A stretch of 64,000 nt of DNA from a bacterium. GTDB taxonomy: Bacteria > Patescibacteriota > Microgenomatia > Levybacterales > UBA12049. The stretch covers positions 65,001 through 129,000 of the forward strand of contig JAJYDJ010000003.1 in NCBI GenBank assembly GCA_021777565.1. The letters are read 5' to 3'. Below, piece after piece: positions 8,963 to 18,446 of this stretch. How positions within the stretch are numbered: position 1 is the first letter of the stretch; the number at the start of each line of letters is the position of its first letter. Position numbers and translations under genes: made by a program. Below the pieces are notes generated by a model. That model had not been told where the DNA came from. It did no database searches and saw only the letters and a program-made list of their open reading frames with translations.

Positions 8963-10091
8963 ACTTGAAAATAAATTCGTAAGTATTAACGCTGAAGATA
9001 TTCAATCTGTGACTGATTCTCTGAGGCAAAAACAGCTTGCTGGGACAGCAGATGTTGTAAAAACCTATGAGCAAAAACTGTCTGAATATTTTGCAGCCAA
9101 ATATGCCCATGCATGCAATTCTGGTACTGCTGGGATTGAGCTTATTCTTAGAGCTCTTGGCGTAGACGAGAACAGTGAAGTTTTATTGCCACCGACGGGT
9201 CCTGTGATGTGTGTATTGCCGATAATAGCAATTGGAGCAAAACCAGTTTTTGTCGATGTAGATTCATCATCTACTTTTGGTATTGATATTGAGGATTTGC
9301 AAAGAAAAATAACAAAAAAAACAAAAGCTCTTCTTGTAGTCCCCATGTGGGGATACCCAATCGAGATGAGTGAAATCAGAAAGATATGCCAAGAAAAACG
9401 AATTATTCTTATTGAAGACGCCTCACACTGTCACGGCAGTAAACTAGGAGAGCACTATGTTGGGACTCTTGCTGATCTTTCTATTTTTAGTACTCAAGAA
9501 AGAAAACTTGTCACGACAGGAGAAGGAGGATTTGTACTTACCAACACGCCTGAGATCAGTCAAGTAGTACAAGAAATGAGGAACTTCGGTAGGGCAACAA
9601 CAAATGTTGCATATTTTGATAGAAAAGTAGATGATTTTGGCGTACGTTTTGGCCTTAATTTTAGGCTTAGTGCAACAAATGCAGCTCTAGGGATATCCCA
9701 GCTAGAGAAATTGGATAATAAGATTAAACAAAGAACTCGAAATGCAGAATACATACGAGAGTCCTTGAATAATTGTAAAGACATTGAAGAAATACCAATT
9801 CTCTCTCATGCAATACCTAATTATTACTCAATAGTTTTTAAGATAAAAAATATGACAAACAACGCTGTGTTTGGGAAATATCTAGACGAGCATGGAATTA
9901 TATCTGACACATATAGATTTAACTATATGCCGCTATATCAAATGCCACTCTTTAGTTCATATGTTTCTTCATGTCCCAATGCAGAATCTGTAACAAAATC
10001 AATCTTTACGTTGCCGACACATGAAGGACTAATCCAGAAAGATTTAGATCATATTATTTCAACTGTAAAAGATTTTTATGCAAATACTTAA
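8955..10091 (+). CDS. DegT/DnrJ/EryC1/StrS family PLP sugar aminotransferase
   Basis: NSGTAG, IEDASHCHG, SIFSTQERKLVTTGEGG (PLP lysine), GLNFRLS. Confidence 0.93.
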   Translation: MYKLENKFVSINAEDIQSVTDSLRQKQLAGTADVVKTYEQKLSEYFAAKYAHACNSGTAGIELILRALGVDENSEVLLPPTGPVMCVLPIIAIGAKPVFVDVDSSSTFGIDIEDLQRKITKKTKALLVVPMWGYPIEMSEIRKICQEKRIILIEDASHCHGSKLGEHYVGTLADLSIFSTQERKLVTTGEGGFVLTNTPEISQVVQEMRNFGRATTNVAYFDRKVDDFGVRFGLNFRLSATNAALGISQLEKLDNKIKQRTRNAEYIRESLNNCKDIEEIPILSHAIPNYYSIVFKIKNMTNNAVFGKYLDEHGIISDTYRFNYMPLYQMPLFSSYVSSCPNAESVTKSIFTLPTHEGLIQKDLDHIISTVKDFYANT

Positions 10092-10581
10092 TAACTTGTT
10101 ATTGCCTGAGAAGTTCTGCAAACATGAGAGGCATATTACTGTTTCAGGCTACATCTTTAACAAAAGTCTAACAAAGGTAGTTTTACTTCATCACAAGAAA
10201 CTACACAAATGGATGGCTGCTGGTGGACATATTGAGGTAAATGAGTTACCGCATGAGGCTATTTCACGAGAGATTAAAGAAGAGGTAGGAGTTGAAGCGG
10301 ATTTTATTGATTCTATGATTGCTGCTAAGTTCGATTCTGTAAATGAGTGGAAGATGCCTTCGCCATATTTTGCCATGATGCAAGTAATCCCTGAAACAAA
10401 AACAAATCCCGAGCATTTACATTACGACTATAGCTATATACTCGTTGCACGCACAAAGAAATTGAATCCTAAACCAGATGAGTCACAAAAAGTTCAATGG
10501 TTCTCTTTACCTGAAGTGCTAAAACTGGAAACATTCCCTATTGTGCCAAAAATTTGTAAAGCGATACTTTCAAAAAAATAA
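10078..10581 (+). CDS. NUDIX hydrolase
   Basis: GGHIEVNELPHEAISREIKEEVG Nudix box; HLHYD. Confidence 0.93.
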   Translation: MQILNNLLLPEKFCKHERHITVSGYIFNKSLTKVVLLHHKKLHKWMAAGGHIEVNELPHEAISREIKEEVGVEADFIDSMIAAKFDSVNEWKMPSPYFAMMQVIPETKTNPEHLHYDYSYILVARTKKLNPKPDESQKVQWFSLPEVLKLETFPIVPKICKAILSKK

Positions 10582-10582
10582 T

Positions 10583-12187
10583 ATGAATAACTTACCTCTT
10601 AATTATTCTGATATGTATATAGGGATTGTCTTGACTGCGACTTCAATAGTTTTGGCTCGAGGCATTATGAATCTCTATAAGATAATTGATAATATCTCCT
10701 GGCTTAAAAAGACACATTATTCATCTGACGATTATAAAATCGTAAAGGATTTTCCACCAATCATTATCTGCATACCCATGTTACGGGAACAAAGGACAGC
10801 AAAATCAACAATCGAGTATTTCTCTAGTCTAGAGTATGCTAAAAAAGATTATCAACTTGTTATTGTAACCACTGAGAAAGAGCGGTATGACAAGGATGTT
10901 TACAAAAAAAGATTACCTCAGATATATGCAGACTTAAAACAGGGCATTTCTTTAGCAAGCTTTGTAGATAGGTATCTTGGCGTATTTTCTGAAGCAGAAC
11001 TCGTACATCTATTCCAAGCAAAAGATAAGGGAATTTCCTTGAAAGAAATAACTGAAAAATTTAATCAAATTCCCAGTACTGAAGATATTGCTCAAGAAGA
11101 AGCTAAAAGAATTAATAAAAAAGTGGGATTCGAGCTAATAAAAGTACTCCACTACCCCAAGAATCATAGAACTGTTAGTGAACAGATTAATTATGCGATT
11201 GATTATTATAGAGACATAAAAAGATACGAGAGGGGATATTTTGCATTATATAATGCCGATTCACGTCCAAGTTTAACAATTTTATATGATGCGCTTGTTA
11301 CAAAGGCTAACTTTGAAAGGAAATATAACTATTCTCCTCAAGTCATGCAACAATCTTCACTGTTTACATTAAACTATGGTATGTTTAAGAACAATCTCAA
11401 TGGATTCTTGTTGAAAGCATCAGCATTATTCCAAACAAAATGGACGCTTACCCATGAGTTTTCTATCCTCCGAAGCCAATCAGATACAGCAATGAAAATA
11501 AAGAAGGTAACAAATCCACTTGCGAAAATTTGGTATTCACGTCTAGGTATTTGCATTACGCATGGATTGTTCTTGAGTATGAAACTTATTAAAACACAAT
11601 ATATGCCTACCGACACAGTAACTGAAGACCTGCCATTGGGTTACTATTTATCCTGTCTTAATGAACCAATCGTACCAATACCATCAATTGAGAATTCAGA
11701 ATCCCCAGTTACATTAGGAAGTCTCTTTAATCAAAAAAAAGTTTGGTTCTGGCCATACTTACAATATGAGCAATGCAAAAGGAGAGTATTGAAACACTCT
11801 CTCTATCAATCAACGATATCAGTATATCTCATTACCTTTCAAGGCCAATTAAGAGGATTAACATGGCTACTACAGTCACCAATACTAATACTTTCTTTTT
11901 TGGGTCTTGTCATGTTTAATCACTGGCAAGTAATAGAATTCTCTCTCCTTGCGATAATAATATATTGGTTCATACCTATTTATATTGTTTTGAAACAACT
12001 CAACAGTCTAGAAAATGAGTCAGGCAAAGGTCTCACCACACTGAGTTCTAGAGATTATATCTATACACCCCTCTCTGGGCTTCTCGTTCTTGCTTCCCAC
12101 TCCTATGGCCCTATACTTACTTGCATTGATTACCTCAAAGAGATTCTGTTTGGAAAGGTATACGTTAAGCAAAAAACAGAAAGATAA
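10583..12187 (+). CDS. Membrane-bound GT2 glycosyltransferase (processive-type motifs)
   Basis: IPMLRE, YNADSRP, TEDL, QKKVW; N- and C-terminal TM helices. Confidence 0.78.
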   Translation: MNNLPLNYSDMYIGIVLTATSIVLARGIMNLYKIIDNISWLKKTHYSSDDYKIVKDFPPIIICIPMLREQRTAKSTIEYFSSLEYAKKDYQLVIVTTEKERYDKDVYKKRLPQIYADLKQGISLASFVDRYLGVFSEAELVHLFQAKDKGISLKEITEKFNQIPSTEDIAQEEAKRINKKVGFELIKVLHYPKNHRTVSEQINYAIDYYRDIKRYERGYFALYNADSRPSLTILYDALVTKANFERKYNYSPQVMQQSSLFTLNYGMFKNNLNGFLLKASALFQTKWTLTHEFSILRSQSDTAMKIKKVTNPLAKIWYSRLGICITHGLFLSMKLIKTQYMPTDTVTEDLPLGYYLSCLNEPIVPIPSIENSESPVTLGSLFNQKKVWFWPYLQYEQCKRRVLKHSLYQSTISVYLITFQGQLRGLTWLLQSPILILSFLGLVMFNHWQVIEFSLLAIIIYWFIPIYIVLKQLNSLENESGKGLTTLSSRDYIYTPLSGLLVLASHSYGPILTCIDYLKEILFGKVYVKQKTER

Positions 12188-12192
12188 AACAT

Positions 12193-12897
12193 ATGGCTGA
12201 AATACATATCGCAACTATTGATGGGACTAGCTTTGCAGGGAAAACAACTCTACTTGAGGGCATCTCTCATGCAAATTCAAACATACAAAGGATTGAGGAA
12301 TACGATGCGTATGCTGGCGGCTTTATAAATTTCCCTGATTTTCCCCCAACAGATGAACAAGCAGCAAGAGATGGGATAGATTGTATTGTTCGATTAGACC
12401 AAATGCGTACTCCTGATATCAGAAGGAAAAGCGCAGATGGAGCCATTGTTGTTACTGATCGTTCTGTTCTCTCGTGCATTCTTTTTCAAGACACTGTCAG
12501 AAGGTTGATGCCACATATCCCAAATGCATACCAATACTGCTTAGAAGCATTTTTAAGGGCCCATGATGCAGGAGAAGTTATTTTCCCAAACTCACTCATA
12601 TATTTGGAGGCTGTCAATGTTGAAACATTTAATAAACGTGTTGGCAGAAGAGGACGTACTCCGATAGACTTTCTATCAAGCGAGGAGGCTTATTACTTTA
12701 CTAGAGAATGGTTTTCAAAACTCATTTCTCAGCATTATGCTACAGATAATAGTATCTTATTACAATCTGAAGATGGTAGACTAGATGAACTGGTTGCAAA
12801 TGCAATGGCATTTCTCCAAAACTCTAGTTACCAAGGAGATACTCGTCTCATGTTGGAGACATTGCTTGCGAATTGCAACAGATTGGAGCTAAGTTAA
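12193..12897 (+). CDS. Thymidylate/deoxynucleoside-monophosphate kinase-like P-loop protein
   Basis: IDGTSFAGKTT P-loop; VVTDRSVLS motif. Confidence 0.75.
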   Translation: MAEIHIATIDGTSFAGKTTLLEGISHANSNIQRIEEYDAYAGGFINFPDFPPTDEQAARDGIDCIVRLDQMRTPDIRRKSADGAIVVTDRSVLSCILFQDTVRRLMPHIPNAYQYCLEAFLRAHDAGEVIFPNSLIYLEAVNVETFNKRVGRRGRTPIDFLSSEEAYYFTREWFSKLISQHYATDNSILLQSEDGRLDELVANAMAFLQNSSYQGDTRLMLETLLANCNRLELS

Positions 12898-13529
12898 TGA
12901 TTACACCAAAAATCATCTTTATTGACTGGAATAAAACACTCTCATACTCATTGTTTTGGGAGCAATTGCAGACAGAAGAACATAGATATCATCCTTATGG
13001 TGATCAGATCATCCATTCGCTTTTCAATATTGACTTGAATCTTATAAACGACTGGATGCTTGGAAAGCATACAACAGAAGATGTATGTAATTTTATATCT
13101 GAACATGTAAAACTTCCAGCAAATATAATTCAACAGGAGCTTATTGTAAGTTGTCAGCATATGAAGTTTATTGACAAAGTGATACCTAGATTACTCACAA
13201 AAATACGCAAGAAAGGGATACGAGTAGTGATTGCGACAGACAATATGGATACGTTCCGTCGATTTACTATGCCAGCTCTAAAGTTAGAAGAACATTTTGA
13301 CGATTTTCTCATATCTTCCGAGTTAGGTGTGTTCAAATACACGTTTACTGATGATAAAATACCATTCTTTGATACCTATCTACAAGCCTATAACGCAACA
13401 TATCAAGATGTAGCTCTACTCGATGACAGTCCTGAGCAAACAGGAACATACGAAAAGAAAGGATTTGTTATTCGAGATGTACAGGATAAGAGTGATCTTA
13501 TAAGGTATTTAAAAGAATATGCTGCTTAA
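12897..13529 (+). CDS. HAD-superfamily hydrolase
   Basis: IFIDWNKTL motif I, IATDN motif II, LLDDS motif IV. Confidence 0.85.
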   Translation: MITPKIIFIDWNKTLSYSLFWEQLQTEEHRYHPYGDQIIHSLFNIDLNLINDWMLGKHTTEDVCNFISEHVKLPANIIQQELIVSCQHMKFIDKVIPRLLTKIRKKGIRVVIATDNMDTFRRFTMPALKLEEHFDDFLISSELGVFKYTFTDDKIPFFDTYLQAYNATYQDVALLDDSPEQTGTYEKKGFVIRDVQDKSDLIRYLKEYAA

Positions 13530-14226
13530 TTTGATTTTCCACCATATTTCAACAACGCCATTATCTGATGATCATTGGGCTATTACACCAGAAAAATATT
13601 GGTCAGTTATTGATATGATAAATCAATTAATAAAAACCCAAAAAGTTCCATATGAAGATTATCGAATATATTTTGACGATGGATACAGTTCGTTCTATGA
13701 TTTTATTTACAAAGATATTCCTGAGAAAGAATTATCTCGATATACATTGGCTATTGTGACTGACGATGTAGATACTCCAAACCATATGACTCTCCAGCAG
13801 TTAAAAGAGATTCATGAGACAGGTATACACATGTCCTCTCATGGAGTTTCACATGCTTCTATAGCTATCTATATTGATAATGTTATACAAACTACTCCCC
13901 TGGGGGGCATCTATCAAAACTGTCCTTGGGGGCAAGGAAAAGCATTAAGCGAGAGAGAGGTTTTATATCAACTCCAGGAATCCAAAAAATTCCTTGAAAA
14001 ATATTTTGGAATAATTGATGAATTTGTATTTCCCTTTGGGATTTATAACAATCAGGTAATCGCACTGAATGATAAATACGGTTTATATAGATACATGTCC
14101 ACATGTGATGAAGTTCTTGACCATGGACAGTTTCTAAGACCACGATACCTAATATATAACACAAAAAGTATGGAGCAAATTAAAGACGAATTAATGAACA
14201 TTAAAAATCAATATGAACTACTGTAA
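13519..14226 (+). CDS. NodB-type polysaccharide deacetylase
   Basis: FDDG, SHGVSH and FVFPFG motifs. Confidence 0.85.
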   Translation: MLLNLIFHHISTTPLSDDHWAITPEKYWSVIDMINQLIKTQKVPYEDYRIYFDDGYSSFYDFIYKDIPEKELSRYTLAIVTDDVDTPNHMTLQQLKEIHETGIHMSSHGVSHASIAIYIDNVIQTTPLGGIYQNCPWGQGKALSEREVLYQLQESKKFLEKYFGIIDEFVFPFGIYNNQVIALNDKYGLYRYMSTCDEVLDHGQFLRPRYLIYNTKSMEQIKDELMNIKNQYELL

Positions 14227-14244
14227 TAAGATTAAATAACTTGT

Positions 14245-14907
14245 ATGGATGAATACTTAATGAAACTCAAGACTAAGGTAGATGTAATGTTTGCCAATGA
14301 AAAAAGTGGGCATGATATTGCACACTTAGAGAGAGTCATGAGACTAGCATTACACATTCAAAAAGAAGAAGGTGGGGATAGACTTATTATCGGCATTTCT
14401 GCATATTTACATGATATACATAGACTTCTTGAAAATAGAGAGCATAAATTTTTCTCTCCAAAAATGTCACTACCAATAGTAAAAGATCTATTAAAATCCG
14501 TAGACTTCCCTGACAGAGAGATCAGTAAAGTTCTCCATTGTATTGAGTTTCACGAGGAGTATGATTTCACCCCACAAGGAAAAACAGTATCAGATCTAGA
14601 GACCCTCATCTTGCAGGATGCAGATAATCTCGATGCAATGGGGGCAATTGGTATTGCAAGAGCATTTATGTACGCAGGACATCATGGTGCGGTTATGTGG
14701 AATCCAGAAGTACCTCTAAATCCTGAAGCTTTATTTGAAGATGCTAAATCATTAGATGACGCATCCACTATACATCATTTCTATCATAATATACTCAAAC
14801 TGTGTGACAACATGAACACCTCGACAGCCAAATCTATTGCAAAAGATAGGCAGGAATTTACGCAAGAGTACATAGAAAGATTTTTTACTGAGTGGGATTT
14901 CATTTAA
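14245..14907 (+). CDS. HD-domain phosphohydrolase (YedJ/YpgQ-like)
   Basis: GHDIAHLERV, LHDI, QDADNLDAMGAIGIARAF, HHFY. Confidence 0.9.
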   Translation: MDEYLMKLKTKVDVMFANEKSGHDIAHLERVMRLALHIQKEEGGDRLIIGISAYLHDIHRLLENREHKFFSPKMSLPIVKDLLKSVDFPDREISKVLHCIEFHEEYDFTPQGKTVSDLETLILQDADNLDAMGAIGIARAFMYAGHHGAVMWNPEVPLNPEALFEDAKSLDDASTIHHFYHNILKLCDNMNTSTAKSIAKDRQEFTQEYIERFFTEWDFI

Positions 14908-14974
14908 TTCCACATTTTGAGACATAGTCCAGGTATAAGTAATTTACTTACCTGTAAGAAATAAATCTAAACGG

Positions 14975-15982
14975 ATGAATAAGCTTTATCATAAAAACAC
15001 ACTTGGTTATCATGTTTTATCTCACGATAATAATTATCCACTTAATATACTAAAACTATCAAATCCAACAGGCCTTACATCTCTATCAATCGTTATACTT
15101 TACTTTGAAGCAGTACAGACAATTAACTTAGTTCTTGAACATTTACTAAAATCCGTTAATAAAATAAAAAAACAAGTTGATAAAACTTGGGATGTTGAAG
15201 TCATCTTGATTGACGATGGATCTACAACTTATACTGCCAAGGAAACAATACACCCAGACTATTTATCTCAAATTAAAGTAGTGAGACACGCTGTAAATAG
15301 GGGTCGATGTATAGCAAGAAATACAGGTATCAGATCGGCAAGAAAAGAGTTACTACTCTTCTTAGATGCAGATATACTGGTAAATGAAACAATTTTATTG
15401 AATCATATGAGGATACATAACGATATTCGGAAGTATGATGATAATGCTATATCCGTTTCGCTATTCAATTTTGTACAAAAAGATATACTTGATAGAACAA
15501 AAGACCTCTCAGTACTTTTTAAAAAAACCAACGACTTTAGAGATGATTGCACATACCAAGAAAAGTGGATAGGATGTGAGGAAGATAAGGAGTTTGCCAA
15601 TCAAAGATTTAGGATTATGAAAGATACACATTATTTACAGAAATGGCCTTTATCAGGCTCTGTTGGACCTTGGATAATGACAAATATGGTTTTGGGGGGA
15701 GCGTTTATGGTAGATCGAAAACTAGCACAACTTGTAAATGGCTGTGATTATCTTTTTGTTGAATATGGATTTGAGGAAACTTCTCTTGCAACGAAACTAA
15801 TTGTTTATTGTGGTTCTTATATAATCCCTGAAACTTCGGCATACCCTATTCACATAATATGTGAGCAAGGAGAGAAAAACAGGCCTGAGAAAAACACTCT
15901 ATTTAGAAAAGCCCATGACCTATATTTTAATAAGTTTTTAAAGAGGAAAATCAATGAAAATGTAATCTTTGATACAGATTGA
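14975..15982 (+). CDS. Soluble GT2 glycosyltransferase
   Basis: VILIDDGS, NRGRCIARNTG, FLDAD, YGFEE. Confidence 0.9.
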   Translation: MNKLYHKNTLGYHVLSHDNNYPLNILKLSNPTGLTSLSIVILYFEAVQTINLVLEHLLKSVNKIKKQVDKTWDVEVILIDDGSTTYTAKETIHPDYLSQIKVVRHAVNRGRCIARNTGIRSARKELLLFLDADILVNETILLNHMRIHNDIRKYDDNAISVSLFNFVQKDILDRTKDLSVLFKKTNDFRDDCTYQEKWIGCEEDKEFANQRFRIMKDTHYLQKWPLSGSVGPWIMTNMVLGGAFMVDRKLAQLVNGCDYLFVEYGFEETSLATKLIVYCGSYIIPETSAYPIHIICEQGEKNRPEKNTLFRKAHDLYFNKFLKRKINENVIFDTD

Positions 15983-15986
15983 GATA

Positions 15987-16015
15987 TTGCTAAATTTCCA
16001 CAGACTACGTATAAT
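15987..16015 (+). promoter_or_regulatory. Promoter for the mating-pair-formation operon
   Basis: TTGCTA-17 bp-TATAAT. Confidence 0.5.
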
Positions 16016-16069
16016 CTTCGTGAGTTACGTTTATCCTGCCACTGCCCTCCAAACGTCTCTACTTTAACT

Positions 16070-16327
16070 ATGCAAGGACAAGTTATTCAGTTTCCTGGTC
16101 TTGATGCCCTTTTGTGGGGAATCGTTGCTACACTCCAATATTATTCGTTGCCAGCAATGGCACTTTCAATTGCAGCTATAGGCATTGCGTTAGTTATGAG
16201 TGGAGATGATATTGATCGCAAATCAAGACTAAAGCATTGGATCTTTAATATCCTGTTTGGTGGACTTTTTGTTTTTGGTGCTACTACGCTCGCCAATATT
16301 CTCAAGGGATTTTTGAGTAGTCATTAA
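16070..16327 (+). CDS. VirB2/TrbC-like pilin
   Basis: 85 aa, two hydrophobic segments around a charged loop; first gene of the T4SS operon. Confidence 0.65.
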   Translation: MQGQVIQFPGLDALLWGIVATLQYYSLPAMALSIAAIGIALVMSGDDIDRKSRLKHWIFNILFGGLFVFGATTLANILKGFLSSH

Positions 16328-16365
16328 ATCTTAATAATCTCTGTTTATGAAAAATATTTCCAATA

Positions 16366-17646
16366 ATGAAACTTATTCTTGTATTTGCAATTATTTCTGT
16401 TATTCTTTTTAGTGTTCCGTCACCTATTTTCGCAGATACTCCCACCCCTACTCCTATACCCACACAGATACCTCAAGAAGCGACTAATGCACTAGGGAAC
16501 TCCCTCAACGGCTTTTTTTCAGGATTTGATTGGATTGCCGATGGCCTTATCTTCAACACACCTGATGTCACGCGTGATACTATCACACTGAGAGATGGTA
16601 CATCACTTGGAGGAATTAGTCAGTACAAAAATATATTTTATGATATAGCCATTCCAATTTTTGCCATTATTTTGGCAGCAAGTGCATTGCTGCATATTGC
16701 CAATGATGACAAGTATCAACTTGTGAATTTCCTGAAACGACTTGCCTTTGTGGCTATATTATTCATCCTTGCTCCCTATATACTTTCCTACAGTATCCAA
16801 TTCATTAACTTGCTTGATACACAAATACAACAACTACAAGTACTCAATTTAGTTACCTTCCTTACAGAATATGTACAAAGTGGTGATTTTAATAGTTTAC
16901 TTAAATTCAGTAGTAGCCCCCTATTATTTTTCTCCCCCACAGTCCTCTTACAGATGCTTATTATCATCATTTCTATGGGATTTCTCCTCCTAGGGTTTCT
17001 CTATATTGTTTTCCAGGCAGTAACACGCTTCGTAGCATTACTGATCCTTACTGTCTTAATGCCTATTGCTATTCCTTTTGCCCTTTCAGAGAAAACACAA
17101 AATATAACAAACAATTATTTCCGTACGTGGTTTACCTTTCTTATTCAACAGCCTGCATTCGTATTAGGATTTGCGCTCATCACTACTATTTTTGGTAACC
17201 TCTTGAAAGCACATTCATCAAGCATTGGGACACTTTTCCTCTATGCAGGATCACTCATCTTTTTAGGCGGTGTGAATGTCTTCATTGCGCGTATCTTCGG
17301 TAGTGGCTGGGAACTTATGACGATAAACAGTCAAAGTATGTTTGCCGCTGGAATGATTACAGGATTTGGTATGTCATCACTCAACAAATTTAAAGATGGA
17401 GCACTTACAGGAAAGGAAACTGGCATACGAAACCAAGTTGGTGCAACATTTGGACGAACCATGGGCTTTCTTATCATGGACAGAAAGAACTACTCAGAAA
17501 ATAGTGGAATTCCTCACCATGAACAATCTTCTCGAGGTGAGACATTTATAAATAGGCATGGCTATTTTGCTCACAAATCAGGGCAAAGACCAAATATAAC
17601 TTGGGAAAAGCCAAAAGCAAAGAAGGGGACAAATGAAGAGCGTTAG
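16366..17646 (+). CDS. VirB6/TrbL-like polytopic conjugal transfer protein
   Basis: Signal peptide, multiple TMs, R-F...P-IAIP...W pattern; context. Confidence 0.7.
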   Translation: MKLILVFAIISVILFSVPSPIFADTPTPTPIPTQIPQEATNALGNSLNGFFSGFDWIADGLIFNTPDVTRDTITLRDGTSLGGISQYKNIFYDIAIPIFAIILAASALLHIANDDKYQLVNFLKRLAFVAILFILAPYILSYSIQFINLLDTQIQQLQVLNLVTFLTEYVQSGDFNSLLKFSSSPLLFFSPTVLLQMLIIIISMGFLLLGFLYIVFQAVTRFVALLILTVLMPIAIPFALSEKTQNITNNYFRTWFTFLIQQPAFVLGFALITTIFGNLLKAHSSSIGTLFLYAGSLIFLGGVNVFIARIFGSGWELMTINSQSMFAAGMITGFGMSSLNKFKDGALTGKETGIRNQVGATFGRTMGFLIMDRKNYSENSGIPHHEQSSRGETFINRHGYFAHKSGQRPNITWEKPKAKKGTNEER

Positions 17647-18442
17647 GATATATAAGGATAATTTACGAGAACATATTTTGCGTTCTCTCTTTTTTAGTAA
17701 TAACGTCATCTTTCTCGGTGCAGGAATTGTTATTGCAGTAGTGACATTTCTGATCTTTCACTTTGTACTCCACTCATTCCAAATTGGCCTTTTTGTTATG
17801 ACTGTTTTTACTTCAGAGATATGTCTCGCTCTTATCACCACTATTCAGATAGAAAATCAGACAATTGTTTCACTCATTCCTCGCGTATGTGGGTTTGCAA
17901 CGACAAAAAAACAATATGAAATGAAGGATTTAGATGCGAGCACATCGAATTTCACCATTATTGGAAATGCAATAAAACACAAACAGGAACTTATTGCTAT
18001 TTTCGAGATACAGCCATATGATATTGCTCTTTTGAATGAAGAAGATCGAGACCACTTTTATCATCAAGTAAAGATGATGTTACATACACTACCTAAGCAC
18101 GTGCAGCTCATTGTACGAAAAGAGACCGCGAAAGTATCTGATTATCACAATCACTTCTTCTCCATGTATAAAGGTGCCGAGAAAAAACAAGAGAAGCTCA
18201 TAGCTCAATATGTTAATGACATATCAAGTCTTGTGGAAACAGGCAAGTTTCAAATCATGAAATATTATGCTGTCTTCTCTGCACCACTCCCAACTGACAA
18301 AGAAACGCATTTTGTTGATGCTCAGAAGAGTCTACATGATCAAAGTATTCGATTCATTACCTCACTAGGAGCACTACATATCAATGTGACACAACTGCAA
18401 AAAGAAGATTTAATTGCATATTGTAAATCACAATTACAGTAG
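17633..18442 (+). CDS. PrgI/VirB3-like membrane protein with a TraC/VirB4-associated soluble domain
   Basis: Two N-terminal TMs; AIFEIQPYDIALLNEE motif; lies directly before virB4. Confidence 0.55.
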   Translation: MKSVRIYKDNLREHILRSLFFSNNVIFLGAGIVIAVVTFLIFHFVLHSFQIGLFVMTVFTSEICLALITTIQIENQTIVSLIPRVCGFATTKKQYEMKDLDASTSNFTIIGNAIKHKQELIAIFEIQPYDIALLNEEDRDHFYHQVKMMLHTLPKHVQLIVRKETAKVSDYHNHFFSMYKGAEKKQEKLIAQYVNDISSLVETGKFQIMKYYAVFSAPLPTDKETHFVDAQKSLHDQSIRFITSLGALHINVTQLQKEDLIAYCKSQLQ

Positions 18443-18446
18443 ACTT

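Noticed and set aside
7922-15982. Ordinary O-antigen or capsule locus
   Set aside because: No flippase, polymerase, nucleotidyltransferase or initiating transferase, and it is enriched in nucleotide-processing enzymes. Not fully excluded.
6365-15982. Direct mildiomycin/blasticidin cluster
   Set aside because: No radical SAM or ligase genes, the NDT domain lacks the catalytic Glu, and the TS has the uracil-type Asn. Analogy only.
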